From Nitrospirota bacterium (GTDB lineage: Bacteria > Nitrospirota > UBA9217), in the NCBI GenBank assembly GCA_963754875.1, contig CAVWHO010000014.1:131886-195885 (forward strand): a stretch of 64,000 nucleotides of DNA, given 5' to 3'. Below the pieces are notes generated by a model, which was given only the letters and a program-made list of their open reading frames with translations, was not told where the DNA came from and did not search any database. Of this stretch, positions 41,089 through 51,275 are shown in pieces. Positions within the stretch are counted from its first letter, which is position 1. Every line of letters begins with the position of its first letter. The translations under genes and the position numbers were made by a program.

Positions 41089-42006
41089 CTATTTTCCCGA
41101 ATGTACGATGATCACCGGGATCGTTGCATTCAGGACCGCTTCCCGCGCCGTGCTCCCGAAAAAAGCATTGAGCAATGCGTTCCTTCCGCGGGTCCCCATG
41201 ACCGCGATCGAATAGCCGCTTGCACACTCCTCATGCACCGCACAGAGGGAAGTTATCGCCTCTTCTTGGATTTTGTAGTCGCAGGGCACCCCGTGTTTCT
41301 GGAAGAAAGCGGTTTTGCGTTTCAGGGCATCAACGGCACTCTCCCGCTCCCCAGAAATGATTTCATCGATATTAAACGCGGCCATCCCGGAGTAGGCGGC
41401 GTTGACCGTAATTGCATAGATACTGTCCCAGAGGCAATGAAACAGGGTCACTCTCGCTCCCATGCGTTTTGCAAGAGAGAGCGCGTATTGCTCGGCTGCC
41501 CGGCTGTTTTTCCCGAGATCGGTCGGCACGAGCATTTTAAGCTGCTTCTGGCCGGAGATTTCCCGGGCCATCGGTCCGATCACCATCACCGGCCGCCTGG
41601 CATGCCGGACCACTTCTTCCGCAACACTTCCAAGAAATAAACGCTTCACTCCCTTCCTGCCCTGTGTCCCCACGACAACAAGCTCCGGGGATGACCGGGA
41701 GCGCAATACCTTCAGGATCTGTTCCGCCGGAGGGCCGCTTTTTACGGAACAGGAAACCGGTAAGCGAAATTGCCTGCCTACTTCTTCAAGCTTTTCCTGA
41801 TGCGAAAAATGCCATTCCGGGAAACGGAATGAACCGAGTTTGCTCGTGGGATATGCCGCAAGGTCCTCCACATAAAGCAAATCGATGCCGGTTGTGAGCC
41901 GTCGGGCCAGGAAAGAAGCGGCCTTCCCTATTGCCTGCGAACGTTTTTTGCCGGCTTCGGTTTGATTCTCGATGTCGTCAGCAACTAAAATCGATCGTTG
42001 TGGCAT
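41089..42006 (-). CDS. Universal stress protein (two USP domains)
   Basis: VVGTQGRKG..R.FLGSVAEEV; VMGTRGR...FFGSTA. Confidence 0.9.
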   Translation of the reverse strand: MPQRSILVADDIENQTEAGKKRSQAIGKAASFLARRLTTGIDLLYVEDLAAYPTSKLGSFRFPEWHFSHQEKLEEVGRQFRLPVSCSVKSGPPAEQILKVLRSRSSPELVVVGTQGRKGVKRLFLGSVAEEVVRHARRPVMVIGPMAREISGQKQLKMLVPTDLGKNSRAAEQYALSLAKRMGARVTLFHCLWDSIYAITVNAAYSGMAAFNIDEIISGERESAVDALKRKTAFFQKHGVPCDYKIQEEAITSLCAVHEECASGYSIAVMGTRGRNALLNAFFGSTAREAVLNATIPVIIVHSGK

Positions 42007-42286
42007 TTTTCTCTCCTCCTGCCGGGCATCGCCGGCCCTCTATGCGGCTGGCAGCGCTGGTATAACTACATTTAACAACAGATAGTATTCGATGTCAAAT
42101 AAGTCGCGTAACATCAACAGGGTTCTTCTGAATATTGCCGGAAGTTACAATTGTATACCTGTTCATCCCCTATAATCAAAATCGAAGTGACCCCGGGGCG
42201 GCCCCTCAAATTGCATTGTTGCTGATGATTTCGGCGGAGGATTGAGGTATGATACCGGCACGAAGGAAAGGGACCGTGGACGCCTC

Positions 42287-44101
42287 ATGACGAACGTCCT
42301 CACATTCATAGCAAAATCTCTTGCCGCGAAACTCATTATCGTCCTCGTTTCGCTCATCGTAATCGGCGGGGGCATATCCTGGTACACCCTCATCCGCACG
42401 GACCGGTCAAACCTCATCAATGAAGCCGTTAAAGATGCAGTCTCCTACTCCGCGCTCGTAAAAAAGAGCGTGCGATATGACATGCTCACCTTCAACAGGG
42501 AAGCCATACAGCAGACAATAGACGACCTGGGGTCGGCAAAGGACGTCAGGGGCATCAGGCTGTTCGACGGCAAAGGAACGATTTTTTATTCATCGAAACG
42601 GGAGGAAATAGGGCGCAAGGTAGACCGTTCCGCGCGCGCCTGCCAGGGTTGCCACGTCGGCCTTCAAAAGCCCTCCGAAACGCTGTCCCAGGAGAGTCAA
42701 TGGGCGACCTATCACGACAGCGAGGGCTACAACCTGCTGACGTTCATCGATCCCATCAACAACGAGCCTTCCTGCTCCTCCAATGCCGCCTGCCACGTCC
42801 ATTCCCCGGACCAGCGCGTGCTCGGCATTCTTGAATCCGATTTATCGCTGGCCGCCGTTGACAAGACCATGAAAGAGCATACGATACATACCACGGTGTA
42901 TACCTTTGCCCTCATGGGCATGATTGCCCTCATCCTGTATGTTGTTCTCCGCAAATTCGTCCTCAAACCCGTAACGTCCCTTTCGAGCGCCATGGAGACC
43001 GTTGCGCAGGGGGACCTCGAACGCATGGTGACGGCGTCGTCGGATGATGAAATCGGCCGGCTCGTACATACCTTCAATGACATGACCCGGGAGCTCAAGG
43101 CAGCGCGGAAAAAGATGGAAGCGTGGACGGAGTCCCTCGAGCAGGAGGTCGAGAAAAAGACGGATGCATTGAAAAAATCCCAGGACAAGCTGGTCCAGGC
43201 GGAGAAACTCGCGGCGCTGGGCAGGATGACCGCCGATGTGGCGCACGAAATACGGAACCCCCTCACCGCCATCGGGGGATTCGCGCGCAGGCTCGCGAAG
43301 AGCTCGGCGGGCGAAAAAGAGAAGGAACGCGTGGAGGTCATCGTCCATGAAGTCGACCGGCTTGAGAAGATCCTGCGGGACGTGTTGAAGTTTTCACGTG
43401 ACGCGCGGGTCCATTTGGAAAAGCAGGAGATAGGGGAATTGTTGAATGACGTCGTTGGCCTGCACGAACCCCTCTGCAGCGACCAGTCGGTCAGCGTGGA
43501 GGTCTCCATGGAAAAAGACCTTCCCCTCGTTTTGATGGACAAAGACCAGCTCAGGCAGGCGCTTTCCAATCTCATCACCAACGCCCTCGATGCAATGCCC
43601 CAGGGAGGGATGTTGAAGATATCGGCAAGGACCGAATCCCTGAACGACGTGCGCTACGTTGTCCTCAGGGTGTCCGACACGGGGATGGGGATCGATGAAG
43701 ACAAATTGCCGCTGATCTTCGATCCTTTCTTCTCCACGAAAAAGATCGGGCACGGCACCGGCCTGGGCCTGTCCATAACGAGCAAGATCGTCGAAGAGCA
43801 CGGCGGCTTTGTAAAGGCGGAGAGCGTCAAAGGGGAAGGCTCCATCTTCAGCCTCTATTTCCCGCAGCCGGGCAAAGAAAAACCGGGTGAGCTGAAATGC
43901 TGGGAATACATGAAATGCGGCAGGGACAAGGACGCAACCACGAAATGTCCGGCCCATCCGCATTTCGGCAGTGTCTGCTGGGTGGTGGCGGGCACGTTCT
44001 GCGAAGGCAAGGTGCAGGGGACCTTTGCGCAAAAATACGAGGACTGCAGAAAATGCGATTTTTACCAGACGGCAAAAAAGCTGAGGGAGGGGAGTGAGTA
44101 A
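42287..44101 (+). CDS. HAMP sensor histidine kinase with periplasmic CxxCH and a C-terminal Cys/Trp (two-CW-like) domain
   Basis: CQGCH, CSSNAACH, DEIGRL, AHEIRNPL, NA.DAM, DTG.G, GTGLGL, CWEYMKC...CWVVAGTFC. Confidence 0.9.
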   Translation: MTNVLTFIAKSLAAKLIIVLVSLIVIGGGISWYTLIRTDRSNLINEAVKDAVSYSALVKKSVRYDMLTFNREAIQQTIDDLGSAKDVRGIRLFDGKGTIFYSSKREEIGRKVDRSARACQGCHVGLQKPSETLSQESQWATYHDSEGYNLLTFIDPINNEPSCSSNAACHVHSPDQRVLGILESDLSLAAVDKTMKEHTIHTTVYTFALMGMIALILYVVLRKFVLKPVTSLSSAMETVAQGDLERMVTASSDDEIGRLVHTFNDMTRELKAARKKMEAWTESLEQEVEKKTDALKKSQDKLVQAEKLAALGRMTADVAHEIRNPLTAIGGFARRLAKSSAGEKEKERVEVIVHEVDRLEKILRDVLKFSRDARVHLEKQEIGELLNDVVGLHEPLCSDQSVSVEVSMEKDLPLVLMDKDQLRQALSNLITNALDAMPQGGMLKISARTESLNDVRYVVLRVSDTGMGIDEDKLPLIFDPFFSTKKIGHGTGLGLSITSKIVEEHGGFVKAESVKGEGSIFSLYFPQPGKEKPGELKCWEYMKCGRDKDATTKCPAHPHFGSVCWVVAGTFCEGKVQGTFAQKYEDCRKCDFYQTAKKLREGSE

Positions 44102-44109
44102 CGAGTTTC

Positions 44110-44568
44110 CTAGCACGAGTTCAGCACGTCAGGGTAAAGCGAAAATTTCTTCCGGATCATTGCGAGCTGGTCGGCGAGCCAGATGAGCTGCTTTGTGTTC
44201 TCCACCGTGATCCGGTCGCGCTCCTCGCCCACGGCCACCGATGTCCCTAGCAGGAGTTCGTTGGTGCTTATCAGCTTCACGCTCCGGTTATAGATTTCGT
44301 CGAGGTACGCTGAGATTTCTCCGTCGAACAGAAAAACGGCGTCCTGCGTGCGGGACCGGAAGTCCAGGAGCTCCTCCTTTCGGACTTCCCCCCTCCTGCC
44401 GAGCATGGTAAGGACCCGCACGACATCGTTATATACCTCGCACCGCCTTGAGTGGAGAGACCTCCTCGTGCCAACGGCCCTCGCGGGGGACCGGTAGACC
44501 AGGTAGGCAATGCCCGCCGAGATCACCACGAGCAGTACGGTCTGAAGTATATTCAGGAACAAAAGCAT
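44110..44568 (-). CDS. Hypothetical protein with N-terminal TM
   Basis: RBS-like GAGGAAGGG and an open 152-codon frame. Confidence 0.6.
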   Translation of the reverse strand: MLLFLNILQTVLLVVISAGIAYLVYRSPARAVGTRRSLHSRRCEVYNDVVRVLTMLGRRGEVRKEELLDFRSRTQDAVFLFDGEISAYLDEIYNRSVKLISTNELLLGTSVAVGEERDRITVENTKQLIWLADQLAMIRKKFSLYPDVLNSC

Positions 44569-44672
44569 GGTCCCTTCCTCTCTCGCGGTTACGGAAAGGC
44601 AAGCGCATCAGCGTGGCGGCTGACCGTCGTTACGCATCCGTCGATGAGGGCGATGGCAGTTATGAAAATGCT

Positions 44673-44744
44673 AAGTCTGCGAAGTCTCATGTTTCAAGTC
44701 TCAGGTCTCAGGTACTTGAGACTTCAAACTTGAGACCTGAGACT
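44673..44744. repeat. Inverted heptamer-repeat hairpin
   Basis: AGTCTCAGGTCTCAGG ... CTTGAGACCTGAGACT. Confidence 0.7.
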
Positions 44745-44760
44745 GTATTTTGTACTTCCC

Positions 44761-45311
44761 TCACGCCGCCTTGCGAGCGACGGCTTCCTTTCGGCTAACC
44801 GTCATCTCCATCATCTTCTCTTCCTTACCGCCCTTGGGGGTGATAAACATCTCGAACTCCAGGGTATTGTCGTCCTTGATCCTGGTCACACTGCGCCAGA
44901 CAGCCGGGCCTCTGACCGGGTCGTCGTAGCTGCATTCCTGCGTAATGGTCCTGCCATCCGCGCTTCCCTTGCCCACGAAGAAATAGATGGCCGTGCTCAT
45001 TGAGTCGAGCCAGACCGACTCAAACTTCTTGGTATGGTTATTGTACCCCAGGAGGTTTATGCCGATCGAATGGCGCTCCCATCATATCGCCGGTATAGAT
45101 CTGCTGCAGGTAATGGCCGCCAAGGACCAGCTTTTGCTCGCACGTGCCGGTCGATTCCATGGCCGGCTTGCCTTCCAGCCAGCCCCTGGTCCTGGTGGTC
45201 CAGCTTCCCTCCAGCTTCGCCAGCAGCTTATGAGGCTCGCCCGGAGTTCCCACCTTCTTGTACACTTCCATCATCGCCTGCATGTCCAATTTTGCCTTCT
45301 TGCTTTGCCAT
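44761..45311 (-). CDS. DUF1579-like protein with two +1 frameshifts
   Basis: PGEPHK.L..L.GSW, then G.N.LGYNNHTKKFESVWLDSMST. Frames join if one base is removed near 45292 and one near 45066. Confidence 0.75.
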
Positions 45312-45505
45312 GGCAATTCTCCTTTTAAATAATTTTTTTTAAGCGGTAATTCAAGAGAAACCTTTCTATAGTTAAAGGAAACCGCAACTATATGTTAATG
45401 TCAATAAGATGAAGGTATTATTAATGGCTCTTCTGACTTTTATGTGGGTAAAATGAGCGCCTCTGCGACATATTGTGCTGTATTAATCTCCCTTTTTCAC
45501 GTTTG

Positions 45506-45976
45506 TTGTCACCTTTCTTGCGTGCCCAAGAAAGGTGACCCAAAGAAGGGCACCCGGCGAATATCCTTTACGGCATGCTCGGTCGCCTGCACCCAGCGAA
45601 AACGAGTGCTCGGGGCGCGAGTGCAGGGTGTCCTCACTCCACGTGGGAAATGACCTGTATTCGCGCGGCGCACTCATAAGCACTGGCCACAGGCTCGCCC
45701 TTCGGGCTCAGACAGTCTGAAATGCTTAACCCTCGTCCTCGGTCGCATGCCTAGATTTTCGCATGGGAAGCTTTTAGTGAAACATCTTTAAACCAACCCC
45801 GCATATCTCCGGAGCGGACCTATGAAATTTTGGGGCACACGTCTTGGCCTAAGGAAGCGTCCCGCAAGGGCGAGCGCGCACTGTCTGAGGCCGAAGGCCG
45901 AGTTTGCGCGATCGAGCGGACGTGGCCTTAGACGGGTCAAAAATTTCATTCAGGCCGCGAAGGGGATATGCAAAAA
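45506..45976. repeat. Structured dispersed repeat, copy 3 (inverted, with an extra internal hairpin)
   Basis: Reverse complement of copies 1 and 2; extra segment at about 45587-45694. Confidence 0.92.
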
Positions 45977-46297
45977 TGACGATAAAGAGTGAAAAAGCAC
46001 CCACACAAAACACGGAAGAGCCTTATTAATGATGCCTGCATGGGCAGCGCTGCCACATTGGGGCGATTGAGTCTGGCTGAGATGAAAAAAAACTGAGCAA
46101 CAAAGGAGTGTAAGCCGGCATAGGGAAGGTTAGCTGGGACCGGTTTAATGCAACTGTCGACTATCGACTGTTGAGAGATGACTGTCCCTTTTCCGGGCGG
46201 GCATAGTTTGTCTGACGCAATAGTAAACTGCTTGACAAAGAGTAGAAATGAGAGTATTTGAAAAGTAGATGGATCATGAGGGCAGAGGTCGTCAAAC

Positions 46298-46906
46298 ATG
46301 AGATTAAACGCTCTATATTCGGCTTTCGGTTATGTTGTTACGGCACTCCTTTATTTCACGGCCTGGTTGAATCCGCAATTTGGCACAGGTGAAAAACTTA
46401 TAGGCTGGGTAAGCTTTAATAAGCTTTGTCTCATGGAGTTTCTCTCCTGTCATGCCATCACCCTCCTGGCAGGCACAGCAATGGTTATGCATATGGAGAG
46501 GGGCTCAGAAGAGCTCACGCGTATTTTCTGGGGCCTGATTATTTTTTATTTTATTCTGGGGACTTTCTCCTACTTGTTTCACAGGGACCACGGCGCCCTG
46601 ATCGGATTTTATGCAATTCTGGTTACACGCGGAATCGGCATACTGTCGCTGCAGACCGCTGATGAGGACATGCTGCGGGCCGTAGTGCTGAAAAATATGC
46701 TCATGTTTTTTCCGATGATGCTGTTGGTCGGGGTACTTTCTTTTGGCCAGGGCTTCGGAACTTCCTGGCAGGAGACATTAATCAAGGGGCGCCTTGGTTT
46801 TGTCGAGAAAATCATTCAGGGCCGCAATCTTCTGTTTGTTACGGCCTATTATCTTTTGTGGGCTTTTGTGGCATGGAAGTGGCCGCTTCGGATCGCAAAC
46901 AATTAA
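46298..46906 (+). CDS. Hypothetical multi-pass membrane protein
   Basis: About six hydrophobic segments, GAGG RBS. Confidence 0.65.
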   Translation: MRLNALYSAFGYVVTALLYFTAWLNPQFGTGEKLIGWVSFNKLCLMEFLSCHAITLLAGTAMVMHMERGSEELTRIFWGLIIFYFILGTFSYLFHRDHGALIGFYAILVTRGIGILSLQTADEDMLRAVVLKNMLMFFPMMLLVGVLSFGQGFGTSWQETLIKGRLGFVEKIIQGRNLLFVTAYYLLWAFVAWKWPLRIANN

Positions 46907-46940
46907 TGAGGTTGCGACGAGGTGGTAAGGAGACGATCTT

Positions 46941-47495
46941 ATGCCGCCAGGATATGTTAAAACAATTCGCGAAGAGATTTTCTATGAGTATGCCAAGCTC
47001 ATCTCCCGTTCGGCTCATGGATCGATCCAATACGGCTTTGTGACCGACCGTTTCAAGAAACTGCGCGATGGGCAGGTTACGATCTCAGGAACCATCCGGG
47101 AATGGGAGCGGGAACAGGAACTGCCTCATCAATGCGTGTTCTGCGGGTCATCAGAAAATCTTTCCACCGATCACCTGATTCCCCGTAACAGGGGCGGCGA
47201 CGATTCTTCGGACAATCTCGTTCAGGCATGTACGTCGTGCAACTCTTCGCGCGGGGACAAGGGCGTGTTTGAGTGGCTGGGTCTCAAGGAGAAAGATAAC
47301 CTCCATCGCCTTGTGGCGGGAAAGTATCTAAAGCAGCTTCTCAAGATTCATGAGCAGGCGAAAACGATCGATACCAGCATAGATCAACTGATCCAATTGT
47401 GCGGAATGTGTCCGCTGCCGGAAGTGTGCAAGAAATGGAAGAAGGTCGGGGAATTGACGTGTTTTTGTCTTGAGAGTATCTTGGTGAAGGGTTAG
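46941..47495 (+). CDS. HNH endonuclease
   Basis: CVFCG..DHLIPR.RGG.D...NLV.AC..CN..RG. Confidence 0.9.
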   Translation: MPPGYVKTIREEIFYEYAKLISRSAHGSIQYGFVTDRFKKLRDGQVTISGTIREWEREQELPHQCVFCGSSENLSTDHLIPRNRGGDDSSDNLVQACTSCNSSRGDKGVFEWLGLKEKDNLHRLVAGKYLKQLLKIHEQAKTIDTSIDQLIQLCGMCPLPEVCKKWKKVGELTCFCLESILVKG

Positions 47496-47648
47496 GCAGG
47501 CCAGGAAAAAAGCATTAATGATCACTACGTATCGACGTCCCCAAGGTTTCATCTGACCCTAATGGGTTCCCTGATCCAAAATGAAACGGATAATGAATTG
47601 GATAATATCCAAATTGGTCCTATACAACAATATTGTTGTTGAATGATT

Positions 47649-48002
47649 ATGGATTTTATTGTAGAATTCTATGAGACGGAAACAGGGGCTTCTCCTGTGC
47701 GGGATTTTCTGGACGAGCTGAAGAGCTCTGATCCCGATGATTTCGCCGCCGTGGTCGCTGGTCTGGCGAAACTGCGGAACCGGCAGTACCACCGGGAGCC
47801 GCTGTCCAAAGCATTGGGAGGAGGGCTGCTTGAACTACGCCACGTGGGCAAGCTCAATACTCGAGTGCTCTGGTTCTTCGTGAAGAACCGCCGGATCGTT
47901 GCGGTGCACGGTATTCGGAACAAGGGCCGGGCCATTCCGGACCGGGACCTGGCAACCGCGCGGGAACGGATGCGCGACTGGATGAAAAGAGTGGAACGAT
48001 GA
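47649..48002 (+). CDS. RelE/ParE-superfamily toxin (HigB/Gp49-like)
   Basis: VEFYET..G..PV.DFL, K.L.GGL.ELR, RVL.F, HG...K. Confidence 0.85.
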   Translation: MDFIVEFYETETGASPVRDFLDELKSSDPDDFAAVVAGLAKLRNRQYHREPLSKALGGGLLELRHVGKLNTRVLWFFVKNRRIVAVHGIRNKGRAIPDRDLATARERMRDWMKRVER

Positions 48003-48394
48003 AAAAGACGAATTTCGATAAATATCTTGAAGAGCAATTGAAGGACCCGGAGTTTGCCGCCCGTTTCGAGCGCGCTGGGGAAGCCTGGGACGTGGCGCTC
48101 CAGATCGCAGCCCTTCGAAACGAAGCCGGGCTTTCCCAGAAGGACCTCGCGAAGCTTCTCAAAATATCCCAGCAGCAGATCAGCAGGCTGGAGTCGCCGG
48201 GCTACGAAGGACATTCCCTGAGCACCCTGAGGCGCGTTGCCAAGGTCCTGCATGCGCGGGTGCGCGTCACCTTTGAACCGGAGAAAAAAAGGGTGGGAAT
48301 GCGCGTGGCTGAAACTGCCGCAACTTATCGTGCGAAACGATCTTTCAGTAGGCGCGCGCATCCGAAACAGGGGATGTCAAGAGTAAAGACCTGA
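47999..48394 (+). CDS. XRE-family HTH antitoxin (HigA-like)
   Basis: GLSQKDLA....SQQQISRLE; ATGA overlap with the toxin. Confidence 0.88.
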   Translation: MKKTNFDKYLEEQLKDPEFAARFERAGEAWDVALQIAALRNEAGLSQKDLAKLLKISQQQISRLESPGYEGHSLSTLRRVAKVLHARVRVTFEPEKKRVGMRVAETAATYRAKRSFSRRAHPKQGMSRVKT

Positions 48395-48541
48395 CTCCGT
48401 GCGGTTTCGACGAGGTGGTAAACCCGTTGCCTAGCGTTATCTGTCCCGCCTTCCGGTTTTATTGGCGCAAGCGAAATTCCCTTGAGTTCGGCGCGCGGCA
48501 CATGAATTTGTGTCCAAGCTGCTCAAAAAAAGGAGGTAGTC

Positions 48542-48940
48542 ATGGACGAAACTGCACGACTCAAATATTTGAAGATCGTTTTGGCAGTGACGGGGGCCTT
48601 TTGCATAATCGGAGTTTATCCGCTTACCGTTCTTTGGCCGTCCGGCTGGGCCTGGCACACCATGGGGCCTTCGCTCTATCTGCAGATGATCATCGGGATC
48701 TACGCGACGCTCGGCGTTTTCCTGATAATCGCTGCCCGTAATCCTCTTGAACATGCCAGTCTCATCTGGTTCGCTGTCTGGTCGAGCGTCGTACACGGCG
48801 GAATTATGGCGGTCCAGGCAGTCGTGTACCCGGAACATACAGGCCATCTCTTCGGCGACGTGCCGGTGCTGCTCGTAGTTGCGGCAGTGTTTGCCTTCTT
48901 GATGCCGCGAAAGAAAGCCCTGGCAACGAAGCAGAGTTAG
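48542..48940 (+). CDS. Small membrane protein (DUF6632-like)
   Basis: WPSGWAW, MIIGIYATLGVFL, SLIWF..WSS.VH. Confidence 0.7.
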   Translation: MDETARLKYLKIVLAVTGAFCIIGVYPLTVLWPSGWAWHTMGPSLYLQMIIGIYATLGVFLIIAARNPLEHASLIWFAVWSSVVHGGIMAVQAVVYPEHTGHLFGDVPVLLVVAAVFAFLMPRKKALATKQS

Positions 48941-49029
48941 GGGGAGGGGGGAATCTAAAAATGAAAGGCAGCCCCCAAGGTGTTGAGTTCAATCATCTCG
49001 ATTGAAAACGCTTAAAGGAGGGAAATAAC

Positions 49030-49419
49030 ATGGATAAAGCTCTTGCACCAGGGTTGAAGGCGACGTGTCTCGCCGGGTCCATCGTTGCCGGGGTTTTCGG
49101 GATAATCTACCTCCTGTTCCCGGAGGCATACCAAAGCTTGATCGGCGTTCCCATCAAGCAGCCGTCGGAAACGGCAGCGTTTCGAGAGTTCGGGGTGGCG
49201 TTTCTGGCACTGTCTTCCGGCGGATGGTTGGCATTCAAGCAGACATCCGCGGACAAGGTGAGGACTATGGTCCAGATGATCATCGTCTGGATGGTCCTGG
49301 GCGCCCTTGCCATGGTGTGGTGTCTGTTCTCCAGTACGCTCCCGACGATCTACTGGCTGTACGCGCTTTTGTTCGCAGGCTTTGCAGTCGCGTTCAGTGT
49401 TTTCTATCCCCGGGGATAG
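49030..49419 (+). CDS. Hypothetical 4-TM protein
   Basis: AAGGAGG RBS, four hydrophobic segments. Confidence 0.65.
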   Translation: MDKALAPGLKATCLAGSIVAGVFGIIYLLFPEAYQSLIGVPIKQPSETAAFREFGVAFLALSSGGWLAFKQTSADKVRTMVQMIIVWMVLGALAMVWCLFSSTLPTIYWLYALLFAGFAVAFSVFYPRG

Positions 49420-49504
49420 AATAAGTGGATCATCAATGATTGTGAAACACCAAAAGAAAAGACCCCACCGGTTTTTCATACGTATCTATGATTTCGAACA
49501 AGTC

Positions 49505-49541
49505 AAAGACCGGAGAGCAAAACGCTTTCCGGTCTTTTTTT
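49505..49541 (+). terminator. Rho-independent terminator
   Basis: AAAGACCGGAGAGC-AAAAC-GCTTTCCGGTC followed by a T-run. Confidence 0.7.
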
Positions 49542-49606
49542 GCCCGGGACCCGGCATCCGGCCTTTTTTTGATGCCACCAGTTCCGGGTGCGGTGTGGGG
49601 CAGACT

Positions 49607-49747
49607 TGAATCTGTAGCTGTTTGATCGCACGCTACTACGAACGCATTTAGCTTTGATACAGTTTTGCCCTTTGTCCTCTCCCCAGCGGGGAGAGGGTAG
49701 GGAGGGGATTCCGTAGGAATATAACAATTATTATTTCGTTTGTATTA
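49607..49747. repeat. MITE-like element, copy 2 (inverted, diverged)
   Basis: Reverse complement matches 25042-25184. Confidence 0.8.
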
Positions 49748-49798
49748 CTACCGCAAGAAAGGAAAACCCGCCCCGCCACTTGCCTTTGGCCGGCACTT

Positions 49799-50374
49799 TT
49801 GTTACTATCCATCATGTTTTCTGTATTGATGCTTTTCCTTATCCCTGTTGGCGGCGGAATCCCGGCAGGCGTCTTGCTTGCCCGGACCAAGGGGCTGGCC
49901 TGGCCCGCGACCGCCGGGCTCTACCTGGTTTCAGATGTGCTGCTGGCACTCGCATTTGAGCCAGTACTTCAACTTCTCGCATGGCTTGCGGGAAAGGTTC
50001 CGTTTCTCGCCAGGTTCAGCGCAAGCATGAAGGCTGCAATGGCCAAGAGCGCTGAGCGTTTCAACGGCACGGGTGCCGGCCCTCTTACGCTCATTCTGAT
50101 CTCCTTTGGCGCGGATCCCATGACCGGGCGGGCCTCGGCGATGGCAGCTGGCCATGGATTCGTGATGGGCTGGGTCTTTGCGATCGCTGGGGACATGCTG
50201 TATTACGCTGTCATTGCAGTCACGACCCTGCGCCTGAGCAACTACGTTCAGGACCCCAATACAGCTGAGTGGATCGTCCTCGGTGCGATGATCGTCGTGC
50301 CACTGATCATTCGTGGTTTCCGGAAGCCTCGAAAGATCCAGGCTCAGCCGGAAATCCAGAGAGGTCAACCTTGA
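49799..50374 (+). CDS. Hypothetical membrane protein
   Basis: PVGGGIPAGV, FGADPMTGR; several TMs; start uncertain. Confidence 0.65.
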   Translation: MLLSIMFSVLMLFLIPVGGGIPAGVLLARTKGLAWPATAGLYLVSDVLLALAFEPVLQLLAWLAGKVPFLARFSASMKAAMAKSAERFNGTGAGPLTLILISFGADPMTGRASAMAAGHGFVMGWVFAIAGDMLYYAVIAVTTLRLSNYVQDPNTAEWIVLGAMIVVPLIIRGFRKPRKIQAQPEIQRGQP

Positions 50375-50688
50375 TAAAACAGATCGATCACCTTGCGATC
50401 GTCGTTACTGATCTTGAACGAAGCAGGAAATTCTTTGAGATCCTCGGATTCGAGGAGACGATCCGGTCAACGCTCGACGCTGCATTCCTCGAGTCCGTCA
50501 CGGGCATCAAGGATGCAGCCGGTTCGTTCGTGGGGATGAAGCACCCGGCGAGCCAGCTCGTCATCGAGCTTCTGCATTTCAGCAGTCCTAATCCGGCTCC
50601 CGACCCGGAGTGCGGCAATCCGGGCCGCATCGGTTTCCGCCATCTCGCTTTTTCCGTTCACGACAAAAGCTGCTGCCCGATCCAATAA
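50371..50688 (+). pseudogene. VOC/glyoxalase-family protein, probably C-terminally truncated
   Basis: IDHLAIVVTDLERS..FF..LGF, IELL, GFRHLAFSV; stops before the final DPDG..EL strands. Confidence 0.65.
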
Positions 50689-50855
50689 AGAACGATCAGC
50701 GGAAGCTGAAAAAGAAGTTGCATGAAGTGACCCTTAAATGCTCTTAAATGTTACTTAAATGTTATTTTATTTTGACATTGCCTCTGTTCTCCGCCATAAT
50801 CAGCTGACCTTTGCGACAGGGGAACGTTCTTAGAGTGACTGCCGAAAAAATTGTA

Positions 50856-51164
50856 ATGGATTCTTTCTGTGCCTGGGATGGCGAAACGCTGGTACTGAAC
50901 ATTCTGGGCAAACCCGGCTCGAACCGGGACGCGATCGGCAAGGTCAAAGGCGCGCAACTGAAGGTGAGTGTCACCGCGTCGCCGGTGGCGGGCAGGGCAA
51001 CGGATCACATGGTCCGGTTCCTTGCACAAGAATTTGGAGTGAAGATCAATGACATCCAGGTTGTGTTTGGCATATTCAATGTCAACAAGCAACTCCGCAT
51101 CAGGTCCCCGAAGAAACTGCCGGCTGTGATCAGCAAGCATCTGTCTCAGCTGCTTTTGATATAG
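50856..51164 (+). CDS. DUF167/YggU-family protein
   Basis: LKVSVTA.P..GRA....RFLA..FGV. Confidence 0.8.
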   Translation: MDSFCAWDGETLVLNILGKPGSNRDAIGKVKGAQLKVSVTASPVAGRATDHMVRFLAQEFGVKINDIQVVFGIFNVNKQLRIRSPKKLPAVISKHLSQLLLI

Positions 51165-51275
51165 GCTCCCCCCGATCTTCTCCTACTAAAGCAGTTCATT
51201 CATTACTGTTCTGAATAAATTTTCCTCTTCCGCATTTCTCTTGCTTCCTCTAAGCAAAAGGTGGGACAATTTCCC

